Source: Clostridia bacterium (GTDB lineage: Bacteria; Bacillota; Clostridia; TANB77; CAG-465). Taken from it: DNA of 64,000 nucleotides. A program made the position numbers and the translations under genes. The stretch is from contig JAZSNU010000003.1 of the NCBI GenBank assembly GCA_045536565.1, positions 64,001 through 128,000 on the forward strand, read 5' to 3'. Below are positions 10,506-21,968 of the stretch, piece by piece. Below the pieces are notes generated by a model. It saw nothing but the letters and a program-made list of their open reading frames with translations, ran no database searches and was not told where the DNA came from. How positions within the stretch are numbered: the stretch's first letter is position 1; every line of letters begins with the position of its first letter.

Positions 10506-11243
10506 ATGAGAAATATAAAATTAACAATAGAATATGATGGAACAAATTTCTGCGGTTGGCAAATACAACCTGATAAAAGAACTGTTCAAGAAGAAATAGA
10601 AAATGCACTTGCTGCTATTTTAAAGGAAGAAGTTAAAATAAACGGTGCAGGAAGAACAGATAGTGGAGTTCATGCCATAGGACAGGTTGCTAATTTTCAT
10701 ACTGATAAAACAATAGGTTGTAAAGAGTTATACATGGCTATAAACAGCATAATACCAAAAGATATAACAATTCTTAATGTGGAAGATGTGGATAATGATT
10801 TTCATGCAAGAAAATCTGCTAAGGCAAAACATTATAGGTATGTTATAAATAACTCTAAAATTCATTCGGCGTTAAATATGAATAGAGAATATCTGTTTAA
10901 GTATAATTTAAATGATGAAGCAATGAGATTAGCAAGTCAGGATTTAATAGGAAAACATGATTTTGCAGCATTTAAATCTGCTGGAAGTGATATAGAAAAT
11001 ACTCAAAGGGAGATGTATGATATATCAATAAATAGAATGGGAAATAGGGTAATTATAGATATAATTGGAAATGGATTCATGTATAACATGGTTAGAATTA
11101 TAGTAGGAACACTTTTAGATATAGGTTCGGGTAAATTAGATATGTGTACTATAAAAAACATGATAGAAACAGGAGATAGAGCATTAGGCGGGCAAACTGT
11201 AGCGGCTTGTGGGTTATATATGGTAGAAGTTAAGTATAACTAA
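10506..11243 (+). CDS. truA: tRNA pseudouridine(38-40) synthase
   Basis: YDGTNFCGWQ, GRTDSGVHA, FMYNMVRI. Confidence 0.96.
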   Translation: MRNIKLTIEYDGTNFCGWQIQPDKRTVQEEIENALAAILKEEVKINGAGRTDSGVHAIGQVANFHTDKTIGCKELYMAINSIIPKDITILNVEDVDNDFHARKSAKAKHYRYVINNSKIHSALNMNREYLFKYNLNDEAMRLASQDLIGKHDFAAFKSAGSDIENTQREMYDISINRMGNRVIIDIIGNGFMYNMVRIIVGTLLDIGSGKLDMCTIKNMIETGDRALGGQTVAACGLYMVEVKYN

Positions 11244-11465
11244 AATAAATAATATGATTTAGATAATATTAAAAAAGGTGGTGTTGATATATACGCTGCC
11301 TTTTTATGAAAATATATACAAATTCATGAAAACATATTGACATAATACTGGTAATGGAGTATAATAGAAGAGTAGTAAATAAAAAGGAAGATATATAATT
11401 ATCTCTTGGGTAATAACGGCAGTTGCCGTATATTATAAATAATATATATAAAGGAGTAGAACAAG

Positions 11466-11741
11466 ATGGTTAATTACAAAAAAGGATTAGTGAGTCAGTT
11501 ACACAGTATGCTTACAAACCACCCAGACAGAATGCATAGCATGTTAGAGGTTAGGTTGGTAAACAGGAAAACAGATGAGCTTATTGATTCGGACAGATTT
11601 GAGATTTATACAAATCATCCTGTTAAGAAGATTGAAGACAAGGTGGAAAAATTAAGAACAAAAGGAGATATATATACATTAGAAATAAAAGAGCTTGTTG
11701 AAAAAAGTGAGGGAGAATATTTCTTGATTCTCGGAGTATAA
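11466..11741 (+). CDS. Hypothetical protein with its own promoter and terminator
   Basis: 91-aa ORF, SD AAGGAG, upstream TTGACA...TATAAT, downstream GCGCCAGCTA hairpin. Confidence 0.7.
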   Translation: MVNYKKGLVSQLHSMLTNHPDRMHSMLEVRLVNRKTDELIDSDRFEIYTNHPVKKIEDKVEKLRTKGDIYTLEIKELVEKSEGEYFLILGV

Positions 11742-11820
11742 AACTTCTTTAAAATTTAGCGCCAGCTATTGATTAGCTGGCGCTTTTATGTTATAATATA
11801 CTAGCTTGTTATAAGCAAAA

Positions 11821-11890
11821 TACACACATAGATATAGTTTATACTTCTCTCTAAAAAATTAGAGTAAAATAAACGATAATATTTATGGAG
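11821..11890 (+). promoter_or_regulatory. rpsB 5' leader (probable S2 autoregulatory RNA)
   Basis: ACACAC...TGGAGG hallmark of rpsB leaders between the promoter and the rpsB SD. Confidence 0.55.
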
Positions 11891-11913
11891 GAAATAAGAA
11901 GGAGGAATTTTAA

Positions 11914-12771
11914 ATGGCAATTATACCTATGAGATCATTACTAGAAGCCGGTGTTCATTTTGGACATCAAACAAGAAGATGGGATCCAAGAATGGCTCCA
12001 TATATCTTCACAGCAAGAAATGGTATCTATATACTAGACTTGCAAAAAACTTTAAAGAAAGTTAAAGATGCTTACGAAGTAGTAAGAACTACTGTTGAGC
12101 AAGGTGGAACAGTTCTATTTGTTGGAACAAAAAGACAAATAGCTGATTGCATCAAAGAAGAAGCTGAAAGATGTGGAATGTACTACATTAACAGCAGATG
12201 GCTTGGTGGAACATTAACGAACTTTACTACAATCAAAAAGAGAGTAGCAAGATTAAAACAATTAGAAGAAATGCAAGAAGATGGAACATTTGATGTTTTA
12301 CCTAAAAAAGAAGTTATCAAATTAAAACTTGAAATGGAAAAATTAGAAAAGAACCTAGGCGGAATAAAAGAAATGGATAAAGTACCATCTTTAATATTCT
12401 TAGTAGATTCAAAGAAAGAATTTATTTGTACACAAGAAGCTAGAAAATTAAACATACCTACAATTGGTCTAATAGATTCTAACTGTAATCCAAATGATGT
12501 TGATCATGTTATCCCAGGAAATGATGATGCTGTAAGAGCTGTAAAATTAATAACAGCAAAAATGGCAGACGCAGTTATCCATGGTAGAGATGGTGAAGCA
12601 CCTGTTGCTTTTGATGATGAAGAAGAAACATCAATGGAACAATTAGTTAAAGAAGTTGGAGAAGACAAAATAGAAAGAAAACCTAGAAAACCAAGACAAC
12701 CAAGAAATAATGATAAAAAAGAAGAAAAAGCAGAAGTAGAAGAAGCTAAAGAAACAGAAGAAAATAAATAG
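11914..12771 (+). CDS. rpsB: 30S ribosomal protein S2
   Basis: [30 protein letters not shown]. Confidence 0.98.
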   Translation: MAIIPMRSLLEAGVHFGHQTRRWDPRMAPYIFTARNGIYILDLQKTLKKVKDAYEVVRTTVEQGGTVLFVGTKRQIADCIKEEAERCGMYYINSRWLGGTLTNFTTIKKRVARLKQLEEMQEDGTFDVLPKKEVIKLKLEMEKLEKNLGGIKEMDKVPSLIFLVDSKKEFICTQEARKLNIPTIGLIDSNCNPNDVDHVIPGNDDAVRAVKLITAKMADAVIHGRDGEAPVAFDDEEETSMEQLVKEVGEDKIERKPRKPRQPRNNDKKEEKAEVEEAKETEENK

Positions 12772-12782
12772 GAGGGATTAAT

Positions 12783-13430
12783 ATGGCAGTAACAGCTGAA
12801 CAAGTTAAAGAATTAAGAGATATGACTGGTGCAGGAATAATGGACTGCAAAAAAGTTTTAGTAGAAGTTGATGGAGACATCAAAAAAGCAGTTGAAACTC
12901 TTCGTGAAAGAGGAATAGCAAAGGCTGCAAAAAAAGCTGGAAGAATTGCTTCAGAAGGATTAGTAGAAGCATACATCCATAACGGTAAATATGGCGCTAT
13001 GGTAGAAGTAAACAGTGAAACAGACTTCGTTTCTAAGAATGAAGAATTTAAAACTTTTGTAAGAGATGTAGCTATGCATATAGCAGCATCAAATCCTTTA
13101 TATGTTTCTAGAGAAGAAGTACCTCAAAATGTTATTGACGCTGAAAAAGAAGTTATAAAAGCACAAGCATTAAATGAAGGTAAACCAGAAGCAGTTGTAG
13201 AAAAAATGGTAGAAGGAAGAATTAATAAATACTTGGCAGAAATTTGTTTATTAGATCAACCTTTCGTAAAAGATCCAGACAAAACTATTGGACAATTATT
13301 AACTGAAAAAATAGCTACAATTGGTGAAAACATAGTAATCAGAAGATTTGTTAGATTTGAAAGAGGCGAAGGAATCGAGAAAAAAGAAGAAAACTTTGCT
13401 GAAGAAGTAATGAAACAAATTAATGGTTAA
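12783..13430 (+). CDS. tsf: Elongation factor Ts (short form)
   Basis: [24 protein letters not shown]. Confidence 0.98.
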   Translation: MAVTAEQVKELRDMTGAGIMDCKKVLVEVDGDIKKAVETLRERGIAKAAKKAGRIASEGLVEAYIHNGKYGAMVEVNSETDFVSKNEEFKTFVRDVAMHIAASNPLYVSREEVPQNVIDAEKEVIKAQALNEGKPEAVVEKMVEGRINKYLAEICLLDQPFVKDPDKTIGQLLTEKIATIGENIVIRRFVRFERGEGIEKKEENFAEEVMKQING

Positions 13431-13581
13431 TTATAGTTAAAAAGATATATAAAAGTATAGAGATATTTTCAATATTTCTATACTTTTTCTTTTATAAAAT
13501 AATTACCAAAATACTTGATTTTACGCATATATATAGTATAATAATAGAAGATTAAAATAAGGGTTTGGAGGAAGATTTTTT

Positions 13582-14130
13582 ATGGATTATAATGTAGTAG
13601 AAAATAAAATGAATGAAAGAATTGAATATTTAGTATCAGAACTTGGAAATATAAGAGCAGGTCGTGCTAATCCACAAATACTAAATAAAATATCAGTAGA
13701 ATATTACGGAACAATGACACCACTTAATCAAGTAGCGTCTATATCAGTTCCAGAAGCAAGACAACTTGTAATTGCACCTTGGGATAAAAGTTTAATAGGA
13801 CCAATAATGAAAGCTATACAAGTAGCAGAGCTTGGTATAAATCCTATGAATGATGGAAATGGAATAAGACTTACATTCCCTGAGCTTAATGAAGAAAGAA
13901 GAAAAGAGATAGTAAAAACAGTTAAATCATTAGGTGAAGACACAAAAGTAGGTATAAGAAATGCAAGAAGAGATGCAATAGATGAAGCTAAAAAAGCACA
14001 AAAAGCAGGCGAGATGAGTGAAGATGACCTAAGAGGTGTTGAAGAAAAAGTACAAAAGATAACAGATAAATATGTTGCTAAAGTAGACGAATTAGTAACA
14101 GGAAAAGAAAAAGAGGTTATGGAAATATAA
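13582..14130 (+). CDS. frr: Ribosome recycling factor
   Basis: IRAGRANP, PELNEERRK, IRNARRD. Confidence 0.97.
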   Translation: MDYNVVENKMNERIEYLVSELGNIRAGRANPQILNKISVEYYGTMTPLNQVASISVPEARQLVIAPWDKSLIGPIMKAIQVAELGINPMNDGNGIRLTFPELNEERRKEIVKTVKSLGEDTKVGIRNARRDAIDEAKKAQKAGEMSEDDLRGVEEKVQKITDKYVAKVDELVTGKEKEVMEI

Positions 14131-14145
14131 CGAAAGTGGGTAGTT

Positions 14146-14958
14146 ATGAAAACAAGAATTTTATCTGGGATTGTTATAACAATTATATGTTTAGGTATTG
14201 TAATACTTAATAACGCATTAATAGATAGTATATTTATAACTGGACTTGCTATATTTGCTTGTTATGAGTTTTTTAGAATGTTTAAAAGCAAGGAGATAAA
14301 TGGAATCCAGTGGATAGCATATTCAGGATGTCTAGGGATAATGTTAATTGATAATCATATTGCAGAAGAGTATAAAATATTAATATACAAAATGGCAATA
14401 TCTATATTTGCTGTAAGTATATTTGCATATATGGTAATTGGCAAATTAAATAGAAATATTAGAGATATTGCAGTTACTGTTATGTCGTTAATATATATTC
14501 CGACATTATTTTCTTTTATAAAAAGAGTATTAATGCTTGAAAATGGAAGAATATTAATATGGTATGTTGTACTTGGTGCTTTTGCAAGTGATACCTTTGC
14601 GTATTTTATAGGGTGCAAATTTGGAAAACACAAATTGTGCCCAACTATAAGCCCTAAAAAATCAGTAGAGGGATCAATAGGCGGAATATGTGGAGTTATA
14701 GTATCATATGTTATTTTGACAGTTATAGGAAATACATATTTTAACTTTAATATGAATATAGTATATTGGATATTAATAGCGATAGTATCTAGTATAGTAG
14801 GACAATTAGGTGATTTAACAGAATCTGCTATTAAAAGATATTGCGGAGTTAAAGATTCTGGAAATCTTATCCCTGGTCATGGCGGAATATTAGATAGATT
14901 TGATAGTTTAATGTTTGTTGCACCAATTGTGTATATATTTATAATATTATATGTATAA
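14146..14958 (+). CDS. cdsA: Phosphatidate cytidylyltransferase
   Basis: SDTFAYF, ISPKKSVEG, GDLTESAIKR...KDSG...PGHGGILDRFDS. Confidence 0.96.
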   Translation: MKTRILSGIVITIICLGIVILNNALIDSIFITGLAIFACYEFFRMFKSKEINGIQWIAYSGCLGIMLIDNHIAEEYKILIYKMAISIFAVSIFAYMVIGKLNRNIRDIAVTVMSLIYIPTLFSFIKRVLMLENGRILIWYVVLGAFASDTFAYFIGCKFGKHKLCPTISPKKSVEGSIGGICGVIVSYVILTVIGNTYFNFNMNIVYWILIAIVSSIVGQLGDLTESAIKRYCGVKDSGNLIPGHGGILDRFDSLMFVAPIVYIFIILYV

Positions 14959-14996
14959 TTATATAGTGCTAAAAAGAAAGTAAAAGGTGAAAAGAA

Positions 14997-16241
14997 TTGG
15001 GAATAATACTTACAGTACTTAAATTAATTATAATACTTGGAGTAGTTGCATCTATTCATGAGTTTGGCCATTTTATATTTGCCAAACTTTTTAAAATGAA
15101 AGTAGATGAATTTGCAATAGGATTTGGTAAAGCAATATGGAGTAAAGAATATAAAGGAACTAAATTTTCTTTAAGATGCCTTCCACTAGGTGGATATTGT
15201 GCAATTGATGGAGAAGATGGAGAGTCAGATAACGAAGCAGCCTTTTGTAATAAAGCATGGTGGAAAAGACTTATAGTGTTAGTTGCAGGTGTTGTATTTA
15301 ATGCTATACTTGCCATGGTTATATTTGTTTCTATCAACCTTCCAGGTGATACTTATACAAATGTAATAACGGATATCGATGAAACATCAATTGCATACGA
15401 ATTAGGACTAAGAAATGGAGATAAAATTAAAGAAATAAACGGAAATAATATACATATACTTCAAGATATATCTACATTTAATGATGTATCAGAAAAGCAA
15501 GTAGAAATAGTATACGAAAGAGACGGAGAAGAAAAAACAATAATAACTGATAAGTTAGTTCAAACAATAGGATATATAGGCGTGTATTTTGATGCTAGTC
15601 AGGAAATAATAACAAGTAAAGTTGATATGGTAGAAGGCGGAAGTGCTGCTCAAAAAGCAGGACTTAAATCAGGAGATGTCATAACAGCAGTAAATGGACA
15701 AAAAACAGAACTTTCTTCTGATGTTATAAGCATAATATATGTAAATCCAGGAAAAGAAATAGAAATTACATATACAAGAGATGAAGAAGAATTTACCAAA
15801 AAAATAACACCTTCATCAAAAGAAGTATTTGCAATAGGAAATTTCTCTGCTGAAAAGGTTGATACAAATCTATACTATGCTTTTTGTAAAGCCGGAACAA
15901 GTGTAAAACAAATAATAGGTTCATATGTTGATTTATTTAAAGGTAATGTATCAGTAAATCAATTATCTGGTATAGTTGGAATGGGAGAAGTAGTTTCAAA
16001 AACAGAGGGATGGCTAGATTTCTTAAATTTACTTGCAATAATTTCTATGGCAGTAGGCGTTGCAAATATAATGCCATTCCCACCACTTGATGGAGGAAAA
16101 GTAGTTCTTGTTTTAGCAGAGGCTATAACAAGAAAGAAAGTGTCTATAAAATTAGAGGCTATACTAAGTTATATAGGGTTAGCACTTTTACTTGGACTGA
16201 CGCTATATGTAACATATAACGATATTGTTAGAATATTTTAA
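14997..16241 (+). CDS. rseP: RIP metalloprotease RseP/RasP (M50, two PDZ domains)
   Basis: HEFGH, LPLGGY, NIMPFPPLDGG. Confidence 0.93.
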   Translation: MGIILTVLKLIIILGVVASIHEFGHFIFAKLFKMKVDEFAIGFGKAIWSKEYKGTKFSLRCLPLGGYCAIDGEDGESDNEAAFCNKAWWKRLIVLVAGVVFNAILAMVIFVSINLPGDTYTNVITDIDETSIAYELGLRNGDKIKEINGNNIHILQDISTFNDVSEKQVEIVYERDGEEKTIITDKLVQTIGYIGVYFDASQEIITSKVDMVEGGSAAQKAGLKSGDVITAVNGQKTELSSDVISIIYVNPGKEIEITYTRDEEEFTKKITPSSKEVFAIGNFSAEKVDTNLYYAFCKAGTSVKQIIGSYVDLFKGNVSVNQLSGIVGMGEVVSKTEGWLDFLNLLAIISMAVGVANIMPFPPLDGGKVVLVLAEAITRKKVSIKLEAILSYIGLALLLGLTLYVTYNDIVRIF

Positions 16242-16398
16242 TTAAATAAATATTGTAATAATTATTTAACGAATGATAATAAAATCCAAAATGATATTTT
16301 CCTTCATTTTGGATTTTATGGTATTTCATAAAATTAAATAGATAATATTCAAATTAGATAAGAAGTATATATAAAGAGAGAAAAGAGGTGTAACTAAA

Positions 16399-19300
16399 AT
16401 GAAAAGTGTTAGAGAACTTTTTGGACATGCTGTTCAAAGATGTAGTACATTAGAAGATTTAATGGTAGAAGAAGTGAAGTTTTCTAAAAAGCAAAATGCA
16501 GCTATTGTAACTATTGTTGTTGATAGAAAAATAAATCCATTAGATATTGCTGAGCTTGAAGAAAGAGCACTCCAAATATTTACACTAAAAAGTTTTAAAG
16601 TTATACCTCATCTTACAGTAAAAGATATTGAAGTGACAGAAAGAGATATAATAAATGTAATAAGTTTTTGTGCAAAAAGGGAAGAATATTTAAAACCTAT
16701 GCTTGAGTCAAATAAAATGACAGTAGAGGATAACAATATAACAATAGAATTAAAAACAGCACAATCCAGTTTTTTAAGATTAAAGAAGTTAGACGAAAAA
16801 ATATCAAATATAATTAAAACAATATATGGTAAAAACTATACCGTTTTAATAACTGATTCAAAAGAAGCAAGAGAAAAAAGAAAACAAGAATTAGAAGACA
16901 GAAATAGAGAAGTTAAGTTAGAATATACAAAACAAGAACCAAAGCAAAAAGAACCAGAAACACCACCTACAATACCTAATGAAGAGCAAGTTCAAAATAT
17001 TGCACAACCAGAAAATATAGCTCACGAAGAACCTAACCAAATAAATGAACAGGTCTTAGAGGATATATCAGTAAATAACGAAAAAGTTATATATGGTAGA
17101 GATGTGTCAAGGGAAATGGTTACCAAAGTTGAAAATATTGTTCCAGATATTCCTAGACTATGTATTGATGGTAAAATAATTACCATGGATACAAGAGAAC
17201 TAAAATCTGGAAAAACACTTTTAATGATAGATGTAAGTGATAAAACAAGCACAATATCTTGTAAGGCATTTTTAGATGAAAAAAGAAAAGATGAAGTTTT
17301 GGGAAAAATAAAAGCAGGGAACTATGTTAAAGTATGTGGGAAATCACAAATAGATTCGTTTTCAAATGAACTTACCGTAATGGTAAATAGTATAATGGAA
17401 TCTGATGCTCCTCCTGCAAGGCAAGATTTCTCAGAAGAGAAAAGAGTGGAGCTTCATATGCATACTCAAATGAGTTCAATGGACGGTGTAACAAGCGCAA
17501 CTGATATTGTAAAACAAGCAATTAAATGGGGACATAAAGCGGTAGCAATAACAGACCATGGTGCAGTACAAGCATTTCCAGAAGCACACCTTGCAGCATA
17601 TGATTTTAAATCTGGTGAATACAAGATAAAAGTACTATATGGAATGGAAGGATATTTAGTACCTGATGTAGTTCCAAATTTAGATGCCCAAGACACTTTT
17701 GTTGTATTTGATATAGAAACAACAGGATTTGAACCAGGACTTGATAAAATAACTGAAATAGCAGCAGTAAAAGTTAAAAATGGTGAGTTTATAGAAGAAT
17801 ATACAACATTTGTAAATCCAGAAAGACCAATACCTAAAAATGTTCAAGAACTTACACATATTACTACTGATATGGTAAAAGATGAAAGACCGATAGAAGA
17901 AGTATTGCCGGAGTTTTTAAAATTCTGCGAAGGCGCAGTAATGGTAGCACATAATGCTAAATTTGATATGTCATTTATAAACTATTTTGCTGAAAAAGAG
18001 AAGTTAGAAAAACCTAAATTTGCAGTGGATACATTAGCAATTGCGAGGGAAATATTTGAAAGTTATCAAAATCATAAATTAGGAACAATAGCAGAAAATT
18101 TAGGTATTGAGCTAGAAGGGGCACACAGAGCAATAAACGACACAAGAGCAACTGCAAAAGTATTTGTTAAAATGTGTGAAATACTTAAAGAAAAAGATAT
18201 GGACATAATGGGATTTGTTCAAGACGCAGATAAATTAGATTACAAACAAGGACAGGCTAACCATGTTATCATATTTGCAAAAGATTTAGTGGGTCTTAAA
18301 AATTTATATAAGATAGTATCATACTCAAATCTTCATTATTTCTATAGAAGACCAAGAGTTAATCGTTCTATGATTAATAGGTATAGAAAGGGATTAATAA
18401 TTGGCTCTGCTTGTGAAAGAGGAGAGCTTTATCAAGCGATATTAAATAAAGCGCCAGAAGAAGATATAGAAAATATTGCAAACTATTATGACTATCTAGA
18501 AATACAACCACTTGGAAACAATGAATTCTATTTAAGAAATGGTGAAGTTAGTTCGCTCGAAGAATTAATTAATATAAACAAAAAAATTGTGGAAGTTGGG
18601 GATAAGTTAGGTAAACTTTGTGCTGCTACATGTGATACTCACTTCTTAAATGAAGAAGATGAAATATATAGACGAATTATAATGGCAGGACAAGGTTTTG
18701 ATGATGCAGATAATCAAGCACCGCTATATTTTAGAACTACTGATGAGATGTTAAAAGAATTTGAATACTTAGATGAAGAAAAGAGGAAAGAAGTAGTTAT
18801 AACAAACCCAAATAAAATAGCAGACTGGTTTGAAACAATAGCACCAGTTGTAAGTGGAACATACAACCCTGTAATAGATGGCTCCGATGAAGAAATAGAA
18901 AGAATGACATATGAAAATGCGAGAGCTATATATGGCGATAATCTTCCTGAAATAGTAGAGGCTAGAATAAAAAAAGAACTTAATTCTATAATTACAAATG
19001 GATTTTCCGTTATGTATTTAATAGCACATAAACTTGTTAAGAAGTCAAACTCTGATGGATATCTGGTTGGTTCCAGAGGTTCTGTTGGTTCATCATTTGT
19101 TGCAACAATGACAGGGATAACAGAGGTAAATCCACTACCAGCGCACTATGTATGTACACAGTGTAAATATAGTGAATTTCCAAATACTATTGTTACAACA
19201 GGAATAGATATGGAAGATAAAGATTGCCCACATTGTAACATTCCTATGAAAAAGAATGGTATGGATATTCCGTTTGAAACATTCTTAGGCTTTAAAGGAG

Positions 19301-20739
19301 ATAAAGTACCTGATATCGACTTAAACTTCTCAGGTGATTATCAACCGGTAGCACATGCATTTACGGAAGAGATGTTTGGTAAATCTAAAACATTTAGAGC
19401 AGGAACCATAAGTACACTTGCTGATAAAACAGCATATGGATATGTAAAAAAATATTATGAGGAAAGAGAAAAAAATGTACCAGGATGTGAGATAAATAGA
19501 CTGGCTATTGGATGTACTGGTATAAAAAGAACGACTGGTCAGCATCCAGGTGGAATTATTGTTGTTCCAAGGGATAAAGAAATCTATGATTTTACACCTG
19601 TTCAAAGACCAGCAGATGATGTAAAAACTAAAACAATAACAACACATTTTGATTTCCACTCAATACACGATAACCTTTTAAAACTTGATATACTGGGCCA
19701 TGATGATCCTACGGTCATTCGTATGCTTGAAGATATTACAGGTGTAGATCCTAAAAAGATTCCACTTGATGAACAAAAAGTAATGTCGTTATTTAAATCA
19801 ACAGATGCACTTGGTGTAACACCTGAACAAATCAATTCGCCAGTTGGTACATATGCTGTACCTGAGTTTGGAACTAAATTTGTAAGACAAATGCTAGTAG
19901 ATACAAAACCTACAACATTTGGAGAGTTGGTTAGAATATCTGGATTATCACATGGTACTGATGTGTGGTTAAATAACGCACAAACACTTATCGAAGAAGG
20001 AATAGTAACACTTAAAGAGGCAATTTGTACAAGGGATGACATTATGATTTATTTGATACAAAAAGGTATGGATCCAGGTCTAGCGTTTAAAATAATGGAG
20101 ATAGTTAGAAAAGGTAAAGCTAGCAAAATGCTTACAGAAGACTTAGTAGAGGAAATGAAGAAAAATGATGTACCAGATTGGTATATAGATTCATGCTTTA
20201 AAATTAAGTACATGTTCCCCAAAGCCCATGCGGCAGCTTATGTTATGATGGCATATAGGATAGCATATTTTAAGGTGTATTATCCAGAGGCTTTTTATGC
20301 TGTATATTATACAGTAAGAGCAGATAATTTTAGTACTGATATAATGTGTGTATCAAAAGAAAAAATTAAAGAAACAATCAAGCAATATGAAGAACTTCAA
20401 AAGCCAACACAAACTGAAAAAGATGTACATACAATTTTAGAAGTTGTAAACGAGATGTTAGAAAGGGGAATAACATTCCTTCCAGTAGACATATATGAAT
20501 CAGATGCAACTAAATTTAAAGTCGGTGAAAAGAGTGTTAGACCACCACTTTCAGCACTTACTGGGTTTGGTACGGTCAATGCCATAAATCTAGTAAAAGA
20601 AAGAGAAAAAGGCTCTTTTGCGTCAAAAGAAGAACTTATGCTTAGAGCAAAACTAGGTAAATCCGCTATGGAAATACTTGAAAACAACAATTGTTTGAAA
20701 GATATGCCAAATTCAATGCAAATGAATTTGTTTGATTAA
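16399..20739 (+). CDS. polC: DNA polymerase III PolC-type
   Basis: OB fold, PHP (ELHMHTQMSSMD), inserted DEDDh exonuclease (FDIETTG), VGSRGSVGSS, KVPDIDLNFSG. Confidence 0.98.
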   Translation: MKSVRELFGHAVQRCSTLEDLMVEEVKFSKKQNAAIVTIVVDRKINPLDIAELEERALQIFTLKSFKVIPHLTVKDIEVTERDIINVISFCAKREEYLKPMLESNKMTVEDNNITIELKTAQSSFLRLKKLDEKISNIIKTIYGKNYTVLITDSKEAREKRKQELEDRNREVKLEYTKQEPKQKEPETPPTIPNEEQVQNIAQPENIAHEEPNQINEQVLEDISVNNEKVIYGRDVSREMVTKVENIVPDIPRLCIDGKIITMDTRELKSGKTLLMIDVSDKTSTISCKAFLDEKRKDEVLGKIKAGNYVKVCGKSQIDSFSNELTVMVNSIMESDAPPARQDFSEEKRVELHMHTQMSSMDGVTSATDIVKQAIKWGHKAVAITDHGAVQAFPEAHLAAYDFKSGEYKIKVLYGMEGYLVPDVVPNLDAQDTFVVFDIETTGFEPGLDKITEIAAVKVKNGEFIEEYTTFVNPERPIPKNVQELTHITTDMVKDERPIEEVLPEFLKFCEGAVMVAHNAKFDMSFINYFAEKEKLEKPKFAVDTLAIAREIFESYQNHKLGTIAENLGIELEGAHRAINDTRATAKVFVKMCEILKEKDMDIMGFVQDADKLDYKQGQANHVIIFAKDLVGLKNLYKIVSYSNLHYFYRRPRVNRSMINRYRKGLIIGSACERGELYQAILNKAPEEDIENIANYYDYLEIQPLGNNEFYLRNGEVSSLEELININKKIVEVGDKLGKLCAATCDTHFLNEEDEIYRRIIMAGQGFDDADNQAPLYFRTTDEMLKEFEYLDEEKRKEVVITNPNKIADWFETIAPVVSGTYNPVIDGSDEEIERMTYENARAIYGDNLPEIVEARIKKELNSIITNGFSVMYLIAHKLVKKSNSDGYLVGSRGSVGSSFVATMTGITEVNPLPAHYVCTQCKYSEFPNTIVTTGIDMEDKDCPHCNIPMKKNGMDIPFETFLGFKGDKVPDIDLNFSGDYQPVAHAFTEEMFGKSKTFRAGTISTLADKTAYGYVKKYYEEREKNVPGCEINRLAIGCTGIKRTTGQHPGGIIVVPRDKEIYDFTPVQRPADDVKTKTITTHFDFHSIHDNLLKLDILGHDDPTVIRMLEDITGVDPKKIPLDEQKVMSLFKSTDALGVTPEQINSPVGTYAVPEFGTKFVRQMLVDTKPTTFGELVRISGLSHGTDVWLNNAQTLIEEGIVTLKEAICTRDDIMIYLIQKGMDPGLAFKIMEIVRKGKASKMLTEDLVEEMKKNDVPDWYIDSCFKIKYMFPKAHAAAYVMMAYRIAYFKVYYPEAFYAVYYTVRADNFSTDIMCVSKEKIKETIKQYEELQKPTQTEKDVHTILEVVNEMLERGITFLPVDIYESDATKFKVGEKSVRPPLSALTGFGTVNAINLVKEREKGSFASKEELMLRAKLGKSAMEILENNNCLKDMPNSMQMNLFD

Positions 20740-20826
20740 TTATGGATATTATGTATAAAATTGGTGAAATAGTTGAAAATTAAAGAAAAATAATATATAA
20801 TAATGCCATAGTGAGGAGATGATATT

Positions 20827-21162
20827 ATGAAATTAGATTTAACTGGTAGACAAATTGAAATTACAGAAGGTTTGCATGAATTTGTTGAAAAAAAAGTTAA
20901 AAAATTTGATAAATTTTTTGATGAAGACACAATAGTTCATGTTACAGTTTCTGCTAGAAAAGAAAAACAAAATATGGATATACGAATTGAATATAAATCA
21001 AAAACATACATGGCAGAAATAGAAACAGAAGATATATATAAAGGTATGGATGAATTATCTGAAAAACTTTTAAGTCAAATTAGAAAAGAAAAAACTAAAA
21101 TGGAAAAATCAAGAAGAGAAGGATTTGACAAAGAAGAAAAAGAGCTAGAAATAGAAGAATAA
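20827..21162 (+). CDS. hpf: Ribosome hibernation factor HPF/RaiA, short form
   Basis: MKLDLTGRQIEITEGL...KKVKKFDKFF S30AE domain; no C-terminal dimerisation domain. Confidence 0.85.
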   Translation: MKLDLTGRQIEITEGLHEFVEKKVKKFDKFFDEDTIVHVTVSARKEKQNMDIRIEYKSKTYMAEIETEDIYKGMDELSEKLLSQIRKEKTKMEKSRREGFDKEEKELEIEE

Positions 21163-21163
21163 C

Positions 21164-21203
21164 CCAAATAGAAACTACCCGTTAATGGGTAGTTTCTATT
21201 TGG
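21164..21203 (+). terminator. Long hairpin terminator after hpf
   Basis: CCAAATAGAAACTACCC / GGGTAGTTTCTATTTGG perfect stem. Confidence 0.8.
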
Positions 21204-21305
21204 TAAGAGTATAGAAAAAAAGATAAATTAATGGTAAAAAATAGTATATAATAGAAGGGAGAAAATGCTAAATACAAATAATATCTATTTAGCCATATAA
21301 ATAAT

Positions 21306-21900
21306 ATGAAAGTAATTTTAACCTCAACAGGATTCGAAGATATAGAATCATTAGATAAAATAAAGAAAATAGTAGGTACACCGTTTCAAACTATAAAAAT
21401 GTTAGTTATACCATTGGCGCGTAAGTATGAATATAGAAAAGAAAAATACACTAGTGATTATATTAAATTGGGATTTAAAGAAGAGAATGTTTATTTTTTT
21501 GATGATGATAATCCGGATTTATATAGGAACCTAGATATAGATTTAATATATGTATGCGGTGGGAATACTTTTTTGCTTAAAGATTGTCTGGAAAAATCCA
21601 ATTTTGAACCAGACATAATAGAATATGTAAAAAATAGACGGTGTTATATATTTAGGTGCAAGTGCAGGAACACATATTGCAACATCTAGTATTAAACATG
21701 TACAAGCATTTGATGATAATAGTGTAAAAATTTCTGATTATGAAGGACTAAATTTATATAATGGAATAATAATTTGCCATTATAATAAAACTAGAAAACA
21801 AATATATGAAGAATTAAAAGGAAATGGTATGTATAACATAGAAAAACTATCTGATAGTCAAATATTATACAATAACAAAGAAGCTTGGATAAAATTATAG
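21306..21900 (+). pseudogene. Peptidase E / S51 family (class I glutamine amidotransferase-like), split by a +1 frameshift near 21630-21641; pseudogene or recoded gene
   Basis: Frame 0 has IYVCGGNTFLL; +1 frame from 21640 reads GVIYLGASAG (catalytic Ser motif)...IICHY to TAG 21898-21900; fused product about 197 aa. Confidence 0.8.
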
Positions 21901-21933
21901 TATTAAAAAATAGATTATCGTAGTATAGAATAT

Positions 21934-21968
21934 AAAACACGAAGTAAAAAATAATACTTCGTGTTTTT
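21934..21968. terminator. Hairpin terminator (possibly bidirectional) abutting the left direct repeat
   Basis: AAAACACGAAGTA / TACTTCGTGTTTT. Confidence 0.75.
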
